DNA of 64,000 nucleotides, taken from the NCBI GenBank assembly GCA_963783275.1, contig CAWANA010000031.1, forward strand, positions 17,300 through 81,299, in the 5' to 3' direction. Made by a program: the position numbers and the translations under genes. This DNA comes from an uncultured Alphaproteobacteria bacterium. Lineage in GTDB: Bacteria > Pseudomonadota > Alphaproteobacteria > Rhizobiales > Beijerinckiaceae. Position 1 is the first letter of the stretch, and the number at the start of each line of letters is the position of its first letter. Shown here one piece after another: positions 1 through 11,682 of the stretch. Under the pieces are notes generated by a model that searched no databases, was not told where the DNA came from, and saw only the letters and a list, made by a program, of their open reading frames with translations.

Positions 1-1
1 G

Positions 2-94
2 ATGCATATCGCCGCTTGCGCCTGGGTCCTCGCTTTCGCCGCATTTCTGCTCGCCTACGCGCCCATGCTCACCCGCAGAAGCGGACCTCCATAA
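2..94 (+). CDS. nnrS: 3' end of NnrS family protein (partial, runs off window)
   Basis: Translates to MHIAACAWVLAFAAFLLAYAPMLTRRSGPP*, resembling the last TM helix of NnrS; lies directly upstream of nirK. Confidence 0.6.
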   Translation: MHIAACAWVLAFAAFLLAYAPMLTRRSGPP

Positions 95-192
95 GGTCCC
101 GCGCGCCGGCTGCGCGGATATCCTCGGGAGGACTCGCCGACCCTGACGACGAGGGTCCGCGGTCGCGAGCACTTGCCCGCCGCGTCGCCGTC

Positions 193-206
193 TTAACCGA
201 GGTCAA
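193..206 (+). promoter_or_regulatory. NNR/DNR-type Crp/Fnr box
   Basis: TTAAC-CGAG-GTCAA, ~75 bp upstream of the nirK ATG. Confidence 0.7.
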
Positions 207-281
207 GGCGCCGGCCGGCGCTGAACCGTATGAGAGCCTCGCGCCGCCGATGGAATGCGGCGACGGGCTGGAGCACACGCC

Positions 282-1723
282 ATGAAGAAGCGGTCATTTC
301 GTACTGGCGTCGCGCTGGGCGCGGTTTTGATCGCCGGCGCCGCGTTTGGCGCTTCGCGGGAAGCCAATCTTGCCGATCCGATCATCGGCGAAGAGAACGC
401 GGCGCTGACCGACGCGCCCAACGTACCGCCGCCGATTCAGCGCGATCACGCGACCAAGGTCGTGATCCACCTCGAAGTGAAGGAAGTCGAAGGCCAACTC
501 GCCGACGGCGTGCGCTACACCTTCTGGACCTTCGGCGGCCATGTGCCCGGCAAATTCATCCGTATCCGCGAGGGCGACGAGGTCGAGTTCCATCTCGACA
601 ACCATCCCGACAACAAGAATCCGCACAACATCGACCTGCACGCCGTCAATGGTCCGGGCGGCGGCGCCGCGGCGTCGCTGACCGCGCCGGGCCACAGCTC
701 GGTGTTTTCGTTCAAGGCCCTGAATCCGGGCCTGTTCGTCTATCATTGCGCGACCGCGCCGGTCGCGATGCATGTCGGCAATGGCATGTACGGCATGATC
801 TTGGTCGAGCCGAAGGAGGGCCTGCCGAAGGTCGATCGCGAATATTACCTGATGCAGAGCGACTTCTACACCCAGGGCAAGAACGGCGATCAGGGGCTGC
901 AACCGTTCAGCATGCAGAAGGTCATCGACGAAAAGCCGGAATATATCGTGTTCAACGGCTCGGTCGGCTCGACGGTCGGCGACAAGGCGCTCGCCGCCAA
1001 GGTCGGCGAGACGGTGCGTCTGTTCGTCGGCGACGGCGGACCGAACGTCGTTTCCTCCTTCCACGCCATCGGGCAGATCTTCGATTTGGTCTATCCCGAG
1101 GGCGCGATGGAGGAGCCGTTGCACAACGTGCAGACGACGACGATTCCCGCCGGCGGCTCGGCGATCGTCCAGTTCAAGATGAGCGTGCCCGGCACGTTCA
1201 TTCTCGTGGACCATTCGCTGGAGCGCGCCTTCAACCGCGGAGCGCTGGCGCAGCTCAAGGTGACCGGCCCCGAGGACAAGCTCGTCTACTCGGGCAAGCA
1301 GTTCGACCTCGTCTACCAGCCCGAGGGCGCGGGCGCGCGGGTCGCCGGCCAGACTCCTGTCGCCGCCCCGGCGGCCGCGACCAAGGATCAGCGAATCGAA
1401 CTGGGCGCGGGCGTTTTCGCCAACAACTGCCAGGCGTGCCACCAAGCCGACGGTCAGGGCGTTCCGGACGCCTTCCCGCCGCTCGCCAAGTCCGACTACC
1501 TCAACGGCGACAAGATCCGCGCGATCAAGACCGTGACCGGCGGCCTCGAACAGCCGCTGACCGTCAACGGCAAGACCTTCAACGGCGTCATGCCGGCCTG
1601 GAGCCTCTCCGACGAGGACATCGCCGACGTCCTGACCTTCGTCTACTCGAAGTGGGGCAATTCCGGTCAGGAACGTCACGCCGCAAGGAGGTCAACGCTT
1701 ACCGGGTGAAGGCCAAGGAATGA
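282..1723 (+). CDS. nirK: Copper-containing nitrite reductase with C-terminal cytochrome c domain (apparent indel near 1670; uncorrected ORF stops at 1709)
   Basis: Signal peptide; Cu-site motifs HNIDLH, YHCA..MHVGNGM, SSFHAIG, LVDH; C-terminal CQACH heme motif and MP axial Met. Confidence 0.95.
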
Positions 1724-2510
1724 CGCTCGCGGGCGGCCTGGGCCGTCGCGACGGTCGTCGCGCTGATCGCGCCGCGTCGCGGCGGCGGCGCAAGGCGACA
1801 TGGCGCCGGTCCCGGCGGGACTGTATACGCCGTTCCAGCGGGCCAAGGCGGCCAAGCGCCGACCGGGGCAGCCGCGGCCGGGGCGAAGGCGGTCGCCGCT
1901 TTCAGCCTCGACGCCGAGCCGGTGACCAACGCCGAATTCCTCGCATTCGTCGTCGGCCATCCGGAATGGCGCAAGTCGCGGATCAAGGCGCTGTTCGCCG
2001 ACGGCCGCTATCTGAGGCGCTGGCCGTCCGATCTCGCGCTTCCCGACGAGGCTGCGCGGGCCGAGCCCGTGACCGACGTCTCGTGGTTCGCGGCTGCAGG
2101 CCTACTGCAAGGCGCGCGGGCTCAGGCTCCCGACGACCGAGCAATGGGAATACGCCCTCGCCGACGCGGGCCGCGGCGAGGCTGCGGTGCGCGCGCGGTC
2201 GCTGGACTGGTTCGCCAGGCCGAACGGCGCGGGCCCCGGTCCGATCGGAGGCCCGGCAAACGGCTACGGCGCGCGCGACATGGTCGGGCTCGTCTGGGAA
2301 TGGACCACCGATTTCAACGCCTATGCGACGACGGCCGAATCGCGCGACCCGAACGGCAAGGACAGCGCCGCCTTCTGCGGCGGCGCCGCGGCCGGAGTCT
2401 CCGACCCGACCGACTACCCCGCCTTCATGCGCTATGCGATGCGCGCGAGCCTGAAGGCGAACTACACTTCGGAAAACCTCGGCTTCCGCTGCGCCGGAGG
2501 CGCGCCATGA
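1720..2510 (+). CDS. nirV: NirV-like formylglycine-generating enzyme (FGE/SUMF1) family protein, frameshifted
   Basis: Pieces PVTNAEFLAFV, PVTDVSWFAA, RLPTTEQWEYA, DMVGLVWEW, NLGFRCA; ATGA overlap with nirK. Confidence 0.8.
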
Positions 2511-3100
2511 CGCTTCGTCGTCTCGCCGCCGTCGCCGCGCTCATGGCGCTCGGCGCAGCGCTCGCCTTCGCTTCGCCGCCCTCGGCCCCGATCTCGCCGT
2601 CCGGCGCTTCGCTCTACAATCTCGAATCGAAATGGACGACCCAGTCCGGCGCGACCGTCGCGCTCGGCGCTTTCGCCGGCCGGCCGGCGATCGTCGCCAT
2701 GGGCTACACGACCTGCAAGGACATCTGCCCGGCGATCGTGGCCGACATGATGTGGGTCGAAAAGCATCTGCCGCCCGGGTCCGCGGAAAAGGTGCGCTTC
2801 GCTTTCTTCAGCTTCGATTCCGAGGCCGACACGCCCGAACGGCTGACGCTCTATGCCGAGAGCCACGGGCTCGACCTTAGTCGCTGGACGCTCATGCGGG
2901 CTGACGAGGACACGGTGCGCGAGCTCGCCGCCGCCCTCGACGTCCCGTTCCGTCCCAACGACCAGAACGGCTTCGATCACGCCGCCGTCATTTCGCTGCT
3001 GAACGACCGGGGGGAGATCGTGTTTCAGCAGCTCGGAACGCAGGCGTCTTCGGAGGCTTTGTTGGCCGAGTTGGTGAAGCTTCTGTCGGCGCCGAACTAA
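2507..3100 (+). CDS. SCO family copper chaperone
   Basis: Signal peptide, YTTCKDICP (CxxxC), FDH; ATGA overlap with nirV. Confidence 0.9.
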   Translation: MTLRRLAAVAALMALGAALAFASPPSAPISPSGASLYNLESKWTTQSGATVALGAFAGRPAIVAMGYTTCKDICPAIVADMMWVEKHLPPGSAEKVRFAFFSFDSEADTPERLTLYAESHGLDLSRWTLMRADEDTVRELAAALDVPFRPNDQNGFDHAAVISLLNDRGEIVFQQLGTQASSEALLAELVKLLSAPN

Positions 3101-3570
3101 TAGGTCGACGAAGTCGGTCTCTGCGGCCGCACCCCGAAGGCGGCGATCACGGCCTTGCCCGAGCCGACAAGATTGGCGCTTGGGCCCTCGCTCCCGACGC
3201 TGCGGCGGCTCACCCGCGCGCCCTCGATCAAGAGAACGAGCGCGTCGGCGAGCAGCCCGGGCTCCGTGGCGCCCGCCGCTTCGCATAGCGCTTCAAGACG
3301 CTGGCGCTGGCGGATCTTGAACTCCTCGATCACCCTCTGTCCGACATAGCCGTACAGCTGGCCGACCGGGTCGCCCGGACTTGCCGCCTCGATGCCCGCC
3401 CAGACCTCGTCGGCCTTGCGCCCCTTGTCATTCGGATACTCGAGGATCAGATCGTCTTTCGAGCCGAAGTGGCGGCAGAGCGTCATCTTGTTGGCGCCGG
3501 CCGCCTCTGCGATCGTCTCGACGCCGACGCCGCGAATGCCGCGGCGGTGAAAAAACTCTTCTGGAATTGG
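3097..3570 (-). pseudogene. TetR family regulator remnant lacking its N-terminus
   Basis: FFHRRGIRGVGVETIAEAAGANKMTLCRHFGSKDDLI HTH and LADALVLLIEGA C-terminus; no start codon or helix 1. Confidence 0.7.
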
Positions 3571-3582
3571 AGCACCAGCGCC

Positions 3583-4573
3583 GTGATCCCCCTCTCCATC
3601 CTCGAACTCGTCCGCGTCACGGAGGGCGTGGACGCCCGCGGCGCGCTCCTGAACGCGCGCGACGTCGCGGTCCATGCCGAGCGATGGGGCTATCGCCGCA
3701 TCTGGGTCGCCGAGCACCACAACATGCCGGGCATCGCCAGCGCCGCGACGTCGGTGGTGCTCGCGCATCTGGCGGCGGGCACCAACGACCATCCGGGTCG
3801 GCGCCGGCGGAATCATGCTGCCCAACCACGCCCCCTATGTGATCGCCGAGCAGTTCGGGACGCTGGCGCGGCTATTTCCCGGCCGCATCGACCTCGGGCT
3901 CGGCCGCGCGCCGGGCACGGATCAGCTCACGCTGCGCGCGTTGCGCCGCGCCAACGAGGCGGCGGAAAACTTTCCCCAGGACGTCCTCGAGCTGCAGGCG
4001 TATTTCGCGGCTGCAGCGCCCGGCCAGCGCATCCAGGCGGTGCCGGCCGCCGGGACGCAGGTTCCGATCTGGATTCTCGGATCGAGCCACTTCGGCGCCA
4101 TGCTGGCGGCCGAGTTGGGGCTGCCCTACGCGTTCGCCTCCCATTTCGCGCCCGGCGAGCTGCTCTCCGCGCTCGATATCTACCGGAGCCGGTTCAAGCC
4201 GTCCGATCAGCTCGATCGACCCTACGCCATGGTCGGGGTCAACATCATCGCCGCCGAAACGGATGCGCAAGCGCGGCGGCTGGCGACGACGCAGCAGATG
4301 GCCTTCGCCAACATCTTCCGCGGCGCGCGCGGCTTGAGCCAGCCGCCGATCGACGACATCGAGACCTACTGGTCGCCGGTCGAGAAGGCGCAAGCCGAGC
4401 GCATGCTCGCCCGCTCGATCGTCGGCTCTCCGGATACGGTCGGCGCAGGCGTCGACGCGCTGGTCGCGGAGACGCATGCCGACGAACTCATCATCGTCTC
4501 CGACGTTTACGACCACGCAACGAGGCTGAAGTCGTTCGAGCTGATCGCCGAGGTTGCAGGGCGCGCCCGCTGA
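3583..4573 (+). CDS. LLM class flavin-dependent oxidoreductase (indel ~3790)
   Basis: [42 protein letters not shown]. Confidence 0.9.
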
Positions 4574-4716
4574 GCGCGCCCTGGTGCGCCCTCGTCACAA
4601 GCGCGACGCTCCCGCCGAGGAAATCCGCGACGGGAGAGCCGTGGCGGGAGAACCGCTCAAACGGATCGGACCGAGGGGCGGCTCACGCCTTCCCTATCGA
4701 GCCGGCTGAAACTTGG

Positions 4717-4745
4717 TTGACTCCGATCCGCCACGCCCCTATAGA
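4717..4745 (+). promoter_or_regulatory. Sigma70-like promoter of rplU-rpmA
   Basis: TTGACT-N17-TATAGA. Confidence 0.55.
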
Positions 4746-4757
4746 CGGCGCTGCTCC

Positions 4758-4787
4758 AGCGCGGCTTCGGCCGCGCTTTTGGTTTTT
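4758..4787 (+). terminator. Terminator-like hairpin
   Basis: AGCGCGGC-TTCG-GCCGCGCT followed by TTTGGTTTTT. Confidence 0.5.
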
Positions 4788-4942
4788 CGCCTCTGCGCCG
4801 TTTCGGCCTCGGGCGCCCCAAAACCTCAAATCCGAGCGTTCGCCCGCGGCTCCGTCAGGGGGCCGCGATTCGGTCCACTGCAAAGAAGCCGGCCGCGTGG
4901 GAGCCCCCGCGTATGAGCCGGGCGGAACACGGGAGAAAAACG

Positions 4943-5260
4943 ATGTTCGCAGTCATCAAGACCGGCGGCAAGCAATACACGGTCGCCGCCGACAAAGAGA
5001 TCACGGTCATGCTGCTGCCGGGCGAAGCCGGCGCCGAGGTGGTCTTCAACGAGGTTCTGGCGCTGTTCGACGGCGAGACCAACACCATCGGATCCCCGCA
5101 TGTGGCGGGCGCGAGCGTCACCGGCGAGATCGTCGAGCAGACGCGCGGGGCGAAGGTGATCGCGTTCAAGAAGCGGCGCCGCAAGAATTCGAAGCGCAAG
5201 CGCGGGCACCGGCAGGACCTGACGATCGTCAAGATCACCGGCATCCAGCCCGGCGCGTGA
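4943..5260 (+). CDS. rplU: 50S ribosomal protein L21
   Basis: [12 protein letters not shown] ... [17 protein letters not shown]. Confidence 0.98.
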   Translation: MFAVIKTGGKQYTVAADKEITVMLLPGEAGAEVVFNEVLALFDGETNTIGSPHVAGASVTGEIVEQTRGAKVIAFKKRRRKNSKRKRGHRQDLTIVKITGIQPGA

Positions 5261-5366
5261 GGCGGGAGGCGATCGAGCGGATTCCCTCGTTCGGTCTTTT
5301 GCGATATATGGGTTTCAACTTCGCCGCCCTCGGGTGCGGCGCATCGGACAGGTTCGGAGCAGGACA

Positions 5367-5636
5367 ATGGCTCACAAGAAGGCAGGCGGTTCGTCGCGCA
5401 ACGGTCGCGACTCCGACGGTCGCCGTCTCGGCGTGAAGAAATTCGGCGGCGAGCGGGTGCTCGCCGGCAATATTCTCGTGCGTCAGCGCGGAACGAAATT
5501 TCACGCCGGCCGCAATGTCGGCATGGGCACGGACCATACCCTTTTCGCCACCGCGCACGGCGAAGTGTGTTTCGAGCTTAAAGGCGACGGCCGGCAATAT
5601 GTAAGCGTACGAATTCAACAAGCAGCAGCAGAATAA
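5367..5636 (+). CDS. rpmA: 50S ribosomal protein L27
   Basis: [25 protein letters not shown]. Confidence 0.98.
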   Translation: MAHKKAGGSSRNGRDSDGRRLGVKKFGGERVLAGNILVRQRGTKFHAGRNVGMGTDHTLFATAHGEVCFELKGDGRQYVSVRIQQAAAE

Positions 5637-5836
5637 GGCGGGGTCAGACGAGAACCCGCTTCGGCGACCAGCCCCGCGGACGTTCTCGAAACTCTCAAAA
5701 AAGAAGCTTCGAGATGAGTGAAAAAGGCGAAACGCCTTTTCCTCCGTCCGGTAAGCCAAGCTTACGAAGGGGATGCGGCCGCCGCATCTCCTTCGTCGTT
5801 TAACGCCTCTTTTCGAGGCGGGCAGCCGGAGCGATA

Positions 5837-7563
<1,727 letters not shown>

Positions 7564-7572
7564 AAGCAGGCG

Positions 7573-7776
7573 TCAACTCCGGTGGGATTGCTGTCGAAGC
7601 GCCTGCTCGATCTTCTGATCGGTCTTGTACTGGCTGAGCGCGTAGACCGCCCAGATCGCCGCCGGCAGCCACCCGATCAAGGTGACCTGGAGAATGAGGC
7701 AGACGATGCCGGACACGGGACGGCCTATCGTGAAAAACGTCAGCCATGGCAAAATCAGCGCGATAAGCAGTCGCAT
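7573..7776 (-). CDS. YqaE/Pmp3 family small membrane protein
   Basis: MRLLIALILPWLTFFTIGRP...LIGWLPAAIWAVY. Confidence 0.8.
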   Translation of the reverse strand: MRLLIALILPWLTFFTIGRPVSGIVCLILQVTLIGWLPAAIWAVYALSQYKTDQKIEQALRQQSHRS

Positions 7777-8031
7777 TCCCATTATCCTTAGGGGCCGAAG
7801 GATCGCCCGCGCGACAGGGCGTGCTTCAGGGGCCGCAGATGGCACGGAGAGCGTCGTGAATTCAAGTAAAAGCGCGGCGGCCGGCGAGGGCCGAACCAAC
7901 GGCCGTTTACGGCCCGACAGAAAGGCGAACAGCGCGCGGCGCCGGAGCGTCCTTCGGCTTGACCACCGTGAAGGCCGGCCGGCCTCTGCCGCCTATTCCA
8001 GGAACATCCGCAAGCAGGGCTTGGGATTCGC

Positions 8032-8508
8032 ATGATCGACGACATCGAACTCGCGCGCGCCTTGCATGTGCTGTTTGTCGCCCACTGGATCGGCGGCGTC
8101 TCTTTCGTCACTCTCGTCGCGCTGCCGCTCGCCCGCGCCGCCCCGGACCCGCAGACCGGCTGGGCTTTGTTCGAGTTGATCGAGAGCCGGTTCTCCCGGC
8201 AGGTCCGCTGGACGATCCCGCTCGCCGGAGCGACCGGGCTTTGGATGACCTGGCGGCAGGACCTCTGGCCGCGCTTCGCTTACCCGATGTTCTGGTGGAT
8301 GGACGCGATGGTCCTCGTCTGGGCGTTGTTCATGGTCGCCGCGTTCTTGATCGAGCCTCTCGCCCATCGCCGCTTAAAGGCCGAGGCGGCGCGCGATCCG
8401 GAGGGCCTCATGCGCCGCCTTTTCCGCGTCCACCTCGTCCTCCTCGCCGCGGCCGCCCTCACGATCGTGGGCGCAGTCGCCGGATCGCGCGGCGGATTGT
8501 TTTCCTGA
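8032..8508 (+). CDS. Four-TM membrane protein (CopD/DUF2269-like)
   Basis: ARALHVLFVAHWIGG TM1; four hydrophobic segments; His in TM4. Confidence 0.7.
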   Translation: MIDDIELARALHVLFVAHWIGGVSFVTLVALPLARAAPDPQTGWALFELIESRFSRQVRWTIPLAGATGLWMTWRQDLWPRFAYPMFWWMDAMVLVWALFMVAAFLIEPLAHRRLKAEAARDPEGLMRRLFRVHLVLLAAAALTIVGAVAGSRGGLFS

Positions 8509-8871
8509 CGTTTCGGACCGCTGGCCGTGGCCGACCGGGAGGTGGTTACGTCCTCACCAGGTCCGCGCCGAAGATGCGTGTTCGGCCGGTCGGACGCCAC
8601 GCGCTCATGATGCGCTGGCGAAGCCAACCGTCATCCTCGCAAATGGAGCTTATGCGGCGCAATTGCTTCATGTCCAGATGCTCAAGGCCGAGAACCTTCG
8701 GCGACTTATTCGCTCTCGTCGACGAGTCGATCCCCCACTGCTCAAGGGCATGGGCTTCCGCTTACGACAGCCCATCCGAGGCGACGGATCGCGCGAGCGC
8801 TCGCGCATGAGAGCTTTCCCCGTGGACTTGGGAAAGCGTGCGCCGCGCTTCATCGAACATCCCCATCCGAA

Positions 8872-9551
8872 TCAAGTCTTGCGGACGTAAATGAAGAACC
8901 CGTGGCAGCCGCCATTGAGGGACATTTGCGCAAAAACGTGACTGAGATTGTAGTCGTACATCGACATCGAACCCGGCGCTTCCGTTGCGTCGGTAAAATT
9001 GCACACGGTCTCGCCGTCGTAACTGAAGGCCTTCAGGTCGCGCGCCAGTTCGCCGGTATGACGCGAGTCTTTGTAGAAGGTAATCTGCATGGAAAGGCAG
9101 CCGCCCGGCGCCACGCACTCCCACAACTGCCGCACAATGCGGTAGCCTCGAACGGGCGGAATGTGCTGCATGACGATGATCGTGTTCACAAGATCGAATT
9201 GACGGTCGGTCGGAATCGTCCTGCTGAGTTCGAACGAGACGCCGGCCTTCCGGCAGTGCTGCTGCGCCAGTTCGAGCATGGGCTCTGAGACGTCGACGCC
9301 GTAGGCGGCGCCGCACTGGCGCGCGAGCGGAATGAGCAGGCGCCCGACGTCCACAGCCGAAGTCCAGCGCGCTCTTCGGCTCGAAGGGACCGAAGACGTC
9401 GGTTAGGGCGGCGAGCACATGCCTCACATCGCCTTCGCCGCTGGCGAAAAATTCATCCAGATCTCGGTTAAGGAACCGCGGATCGGACAGGACGCCGTGG
9501 TAGGGTGCGACCGGCCGATGTGATCCAGTCCTGATCGGTATCTCTCTCCAT
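8872..9551 (-). CDS. Class I SAM-dependent methyltransferase (frameshifted)
   Basis: MERDTDQDW..PYHGVLS; ALDFGCG|VGRL; YGVDVSEPML; IVMQHIP; GGAG RBS. Confidence 0.8.
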
Positions 9552-9771
9552 GAGATGCTCCACCGGAGCGATGCCGGCCGTAGACCGATGGCGCGAACCC
9601 TCGAACGGTGTCTGTCAGATTTGGCCGTGAAGCGCCAGCCCGTCGGACGAACGGTCGCCGCACCCAAGCGCGACGGGCGGCTTGCGGCGACGCGCCGCGC
9701 GAGGGTGGGGCTTGTTCACGCGGGGATAAGCAGAAGGCGGCGGGTCATCAGATTGTCGCCGACGGATCTGG

Positions 9772-11181
9772 TCATTCGACGAGCGCTGTGACCGACCTTT
9801 CGTATCTGACCTCAAAGACATGCGTTCCCGCAGAGTGAAGTCGAAATTCCAGGGCCGTCGGCGCCTCGAGCGAGAAACGGACACAGACCGGAGTCGTGCC
9901 GCCCTTCTTGATGTCGTTGGAGTTCACCACTGACTGGCCGATGACCGTCTGCCCGAGATTGGCGGTTACGTCGACCCGGCAAAAATCGCGCCCATCGTCT
10001 CGAAAGGACTGGTCAGCATCAATATCGAAGCGCACCTCATACGTTCCGGCGTCGAAGGTCTTGTAAGGACCGTAGATGACGCAGCCAATCGCGCCTTCCC
10101 GGACACGAACGAAGGGCTCTCCATTTTTGCGAAACACGACTCCGGTAACCTGCACGTACAAATCATGAGCCGCTTCACGGCCCCTTTCCCCGAGGACTTT
10201 CGCTTCTTCGGAATCGGGCGAGATGGCCCCATACAAGGCAACCCCCAACCTCAAGAGGGCGTCCTCCCGAAGCAAAAGCTCTTCGTCTGGGGGGACGCTA
10301 TCGTGACCTGGTCTCAAGACTTGCCGAACAAATCCGTCTTGGCCTTGCATGTCGGTTAATTCGACGTCATCTTTCATCTGAAAAGCTTGCAAAATCCGCT
10401 GAAGCGAGTCCTGATCGCTCATTATTGTCCCCTCCCAGCTCCTTGCCGCGTCGTAATCCATTTTCGTATAGAGGTCACTGTATATTCCTGCCCACGCCTT
10501 AACCAAAGACCTCGCCAGCGGCGAGGCCAAATCGATCGCGAAGCAACCGGCATTGACCCGCCAAAATTCGCTAGACCTGCGGTCTTGTGAAACATCTGAA
10601 TGCAACCACATAATTTTTTGATCTTTTCGTAGACCATTAAGGTATTCTCTAATTTGAAATCCCGGATTAGAAACAATAGCGTCGGCATCTATATACAATA
10701 CCCAGCCACAAAAATCCTCATCGATCAATTCAGACAGCATATGCGTCCTGTTATACGTTGCGTGATGAGGATAACTACCTCTCTTCAGCCCTATATAGCT
10801 CCAATATTCAATGTTTTTTTGTTCCGCATATCTCTTATTAAAGATAGAAGAGATGTCCAGCATCGTCTTGTAACGAACCGGGTCCGACGTGCTGATTATC
10901 TTTACGCGGTCGTTTGTATTATTTAATATGAGCGCGCCGCGATCTGCACGCTCTGCTTGACAGGTTAAATAGTCAAGGATCATGTTATCTTTTGTGATAA
11001 AACCGGAATTGCTTCTAAATTCTCCACTCCGCATCGTATCCCTGCGGACCTGTTCGATCGTTCTCGTAATCGATAGGGCCGTTGCAAGTTCAGCATCACT
11101 CTCGGGCGGCCGTCCCAATAGATAAAAATAGGCAAACTCAATCGCCGTTTCGTCAGCAACCGAGTTGAAGCTATACTTCAT
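9772..11181 (-). CDS. Multidomain GT-A glycosyltransferase (GT34/galactosyltransferase-like)
   Basis: WVLYIDADA (DxD), VNAGCF, SDQDSLQ; N-terminal YFYLLGRPPES module; C-terminal IYGPYKTFDAGTYEVRF beta-sandwich; AT-rich DNA. Confidence 0.7.
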   Translation of the reverse strand: MKYSFNSVADETAIEFAYFYLLGRPPESDAELATALSITRTIEQVRRDTMRSGEFRSNSGFITKDNMILDYLTCQAERADRGALILNNTNDRVKIISTSDPVRYKTMLDISSIFNKRYAEQKNIEYWSYIGLKRGSYPHHATYNRTHMLSELIDEDFCGWVLYIDADAIVSNPGFQIREYLNGLRKDQKIMWLHSDVSQDRRSSEFWRVNAGCFAIDLASPLARSLVKAWAGIYSDLYTKMDYDAARSWEGTIMSDQDSLQRILQAFQMKDDVELTDMQGQDGFVRQVLRPGHDSVPPDEELLLREDALLRLGVALYGAISPDSEEAKVLGERGREAAHDLYVQVTGVVFRKNGEPFVRVREGAIGCVIYGPYKTFDAGTYEVRFDIDADQSFRDDGRDFCRVDVTANLGQTVIGQSVVNSNDIKKGGTTPVCVRFSLEAPTALEFRLHSAGTHVFEVRYERSVTALVE

Positions 11182-11682
11182 AAACGACCCCCGTAGACTG
11201 ATGTCGCGGACCCGCTCCCGACCGCAACACGCTACTTCATCCGACCCGCGCGAGTTCGATAATCGCCATTCTGACAAAGCAGGGCTATTCAGACAAGCCC
11301 TCGGCGGACCTGGCCATCCGAGGTCGTTGATCGCATGGAGTGAATACGCTCGACGACATTGCCGCCGCGAGCCTGGCTGGGCGGCAACGCACAGCGCCTG
11401 CCGGCGATCTGCGCTGGACGCGGAAGCGAACAGAGCAAGAACATTTTCTTGACCCGGTACGCCGGATGTGGGACAAGAGTTCAGGCTGGGAGTGGCGCAT
11501 ATTCCCGCGGCGTCGCGCTCCCGCCGCCAGCGTCGGGGCCAAGGGCCGGGCATTTCACGCTTGCGCCTTCGCCGTCGAGCGGGGCCGACGAACTTCGGCT
11601 ATTTCTACTGCCATTTCCGTCAATTTGCACTTACCGTCTGCGCGATCTCGGTGTTCGAGAACGCCGGACTCGGAGGACCGTC

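Noticed and set aside
7840-7856. TGGCACG as a sigma54 -24 element
   Set aside because: No TTGC -12 element at the required spacing.
8509-8871. Possible gene between the membrane protein and the methyltransferase
   Set aside because: Only short ORFs with no recognisable motif or RBS.
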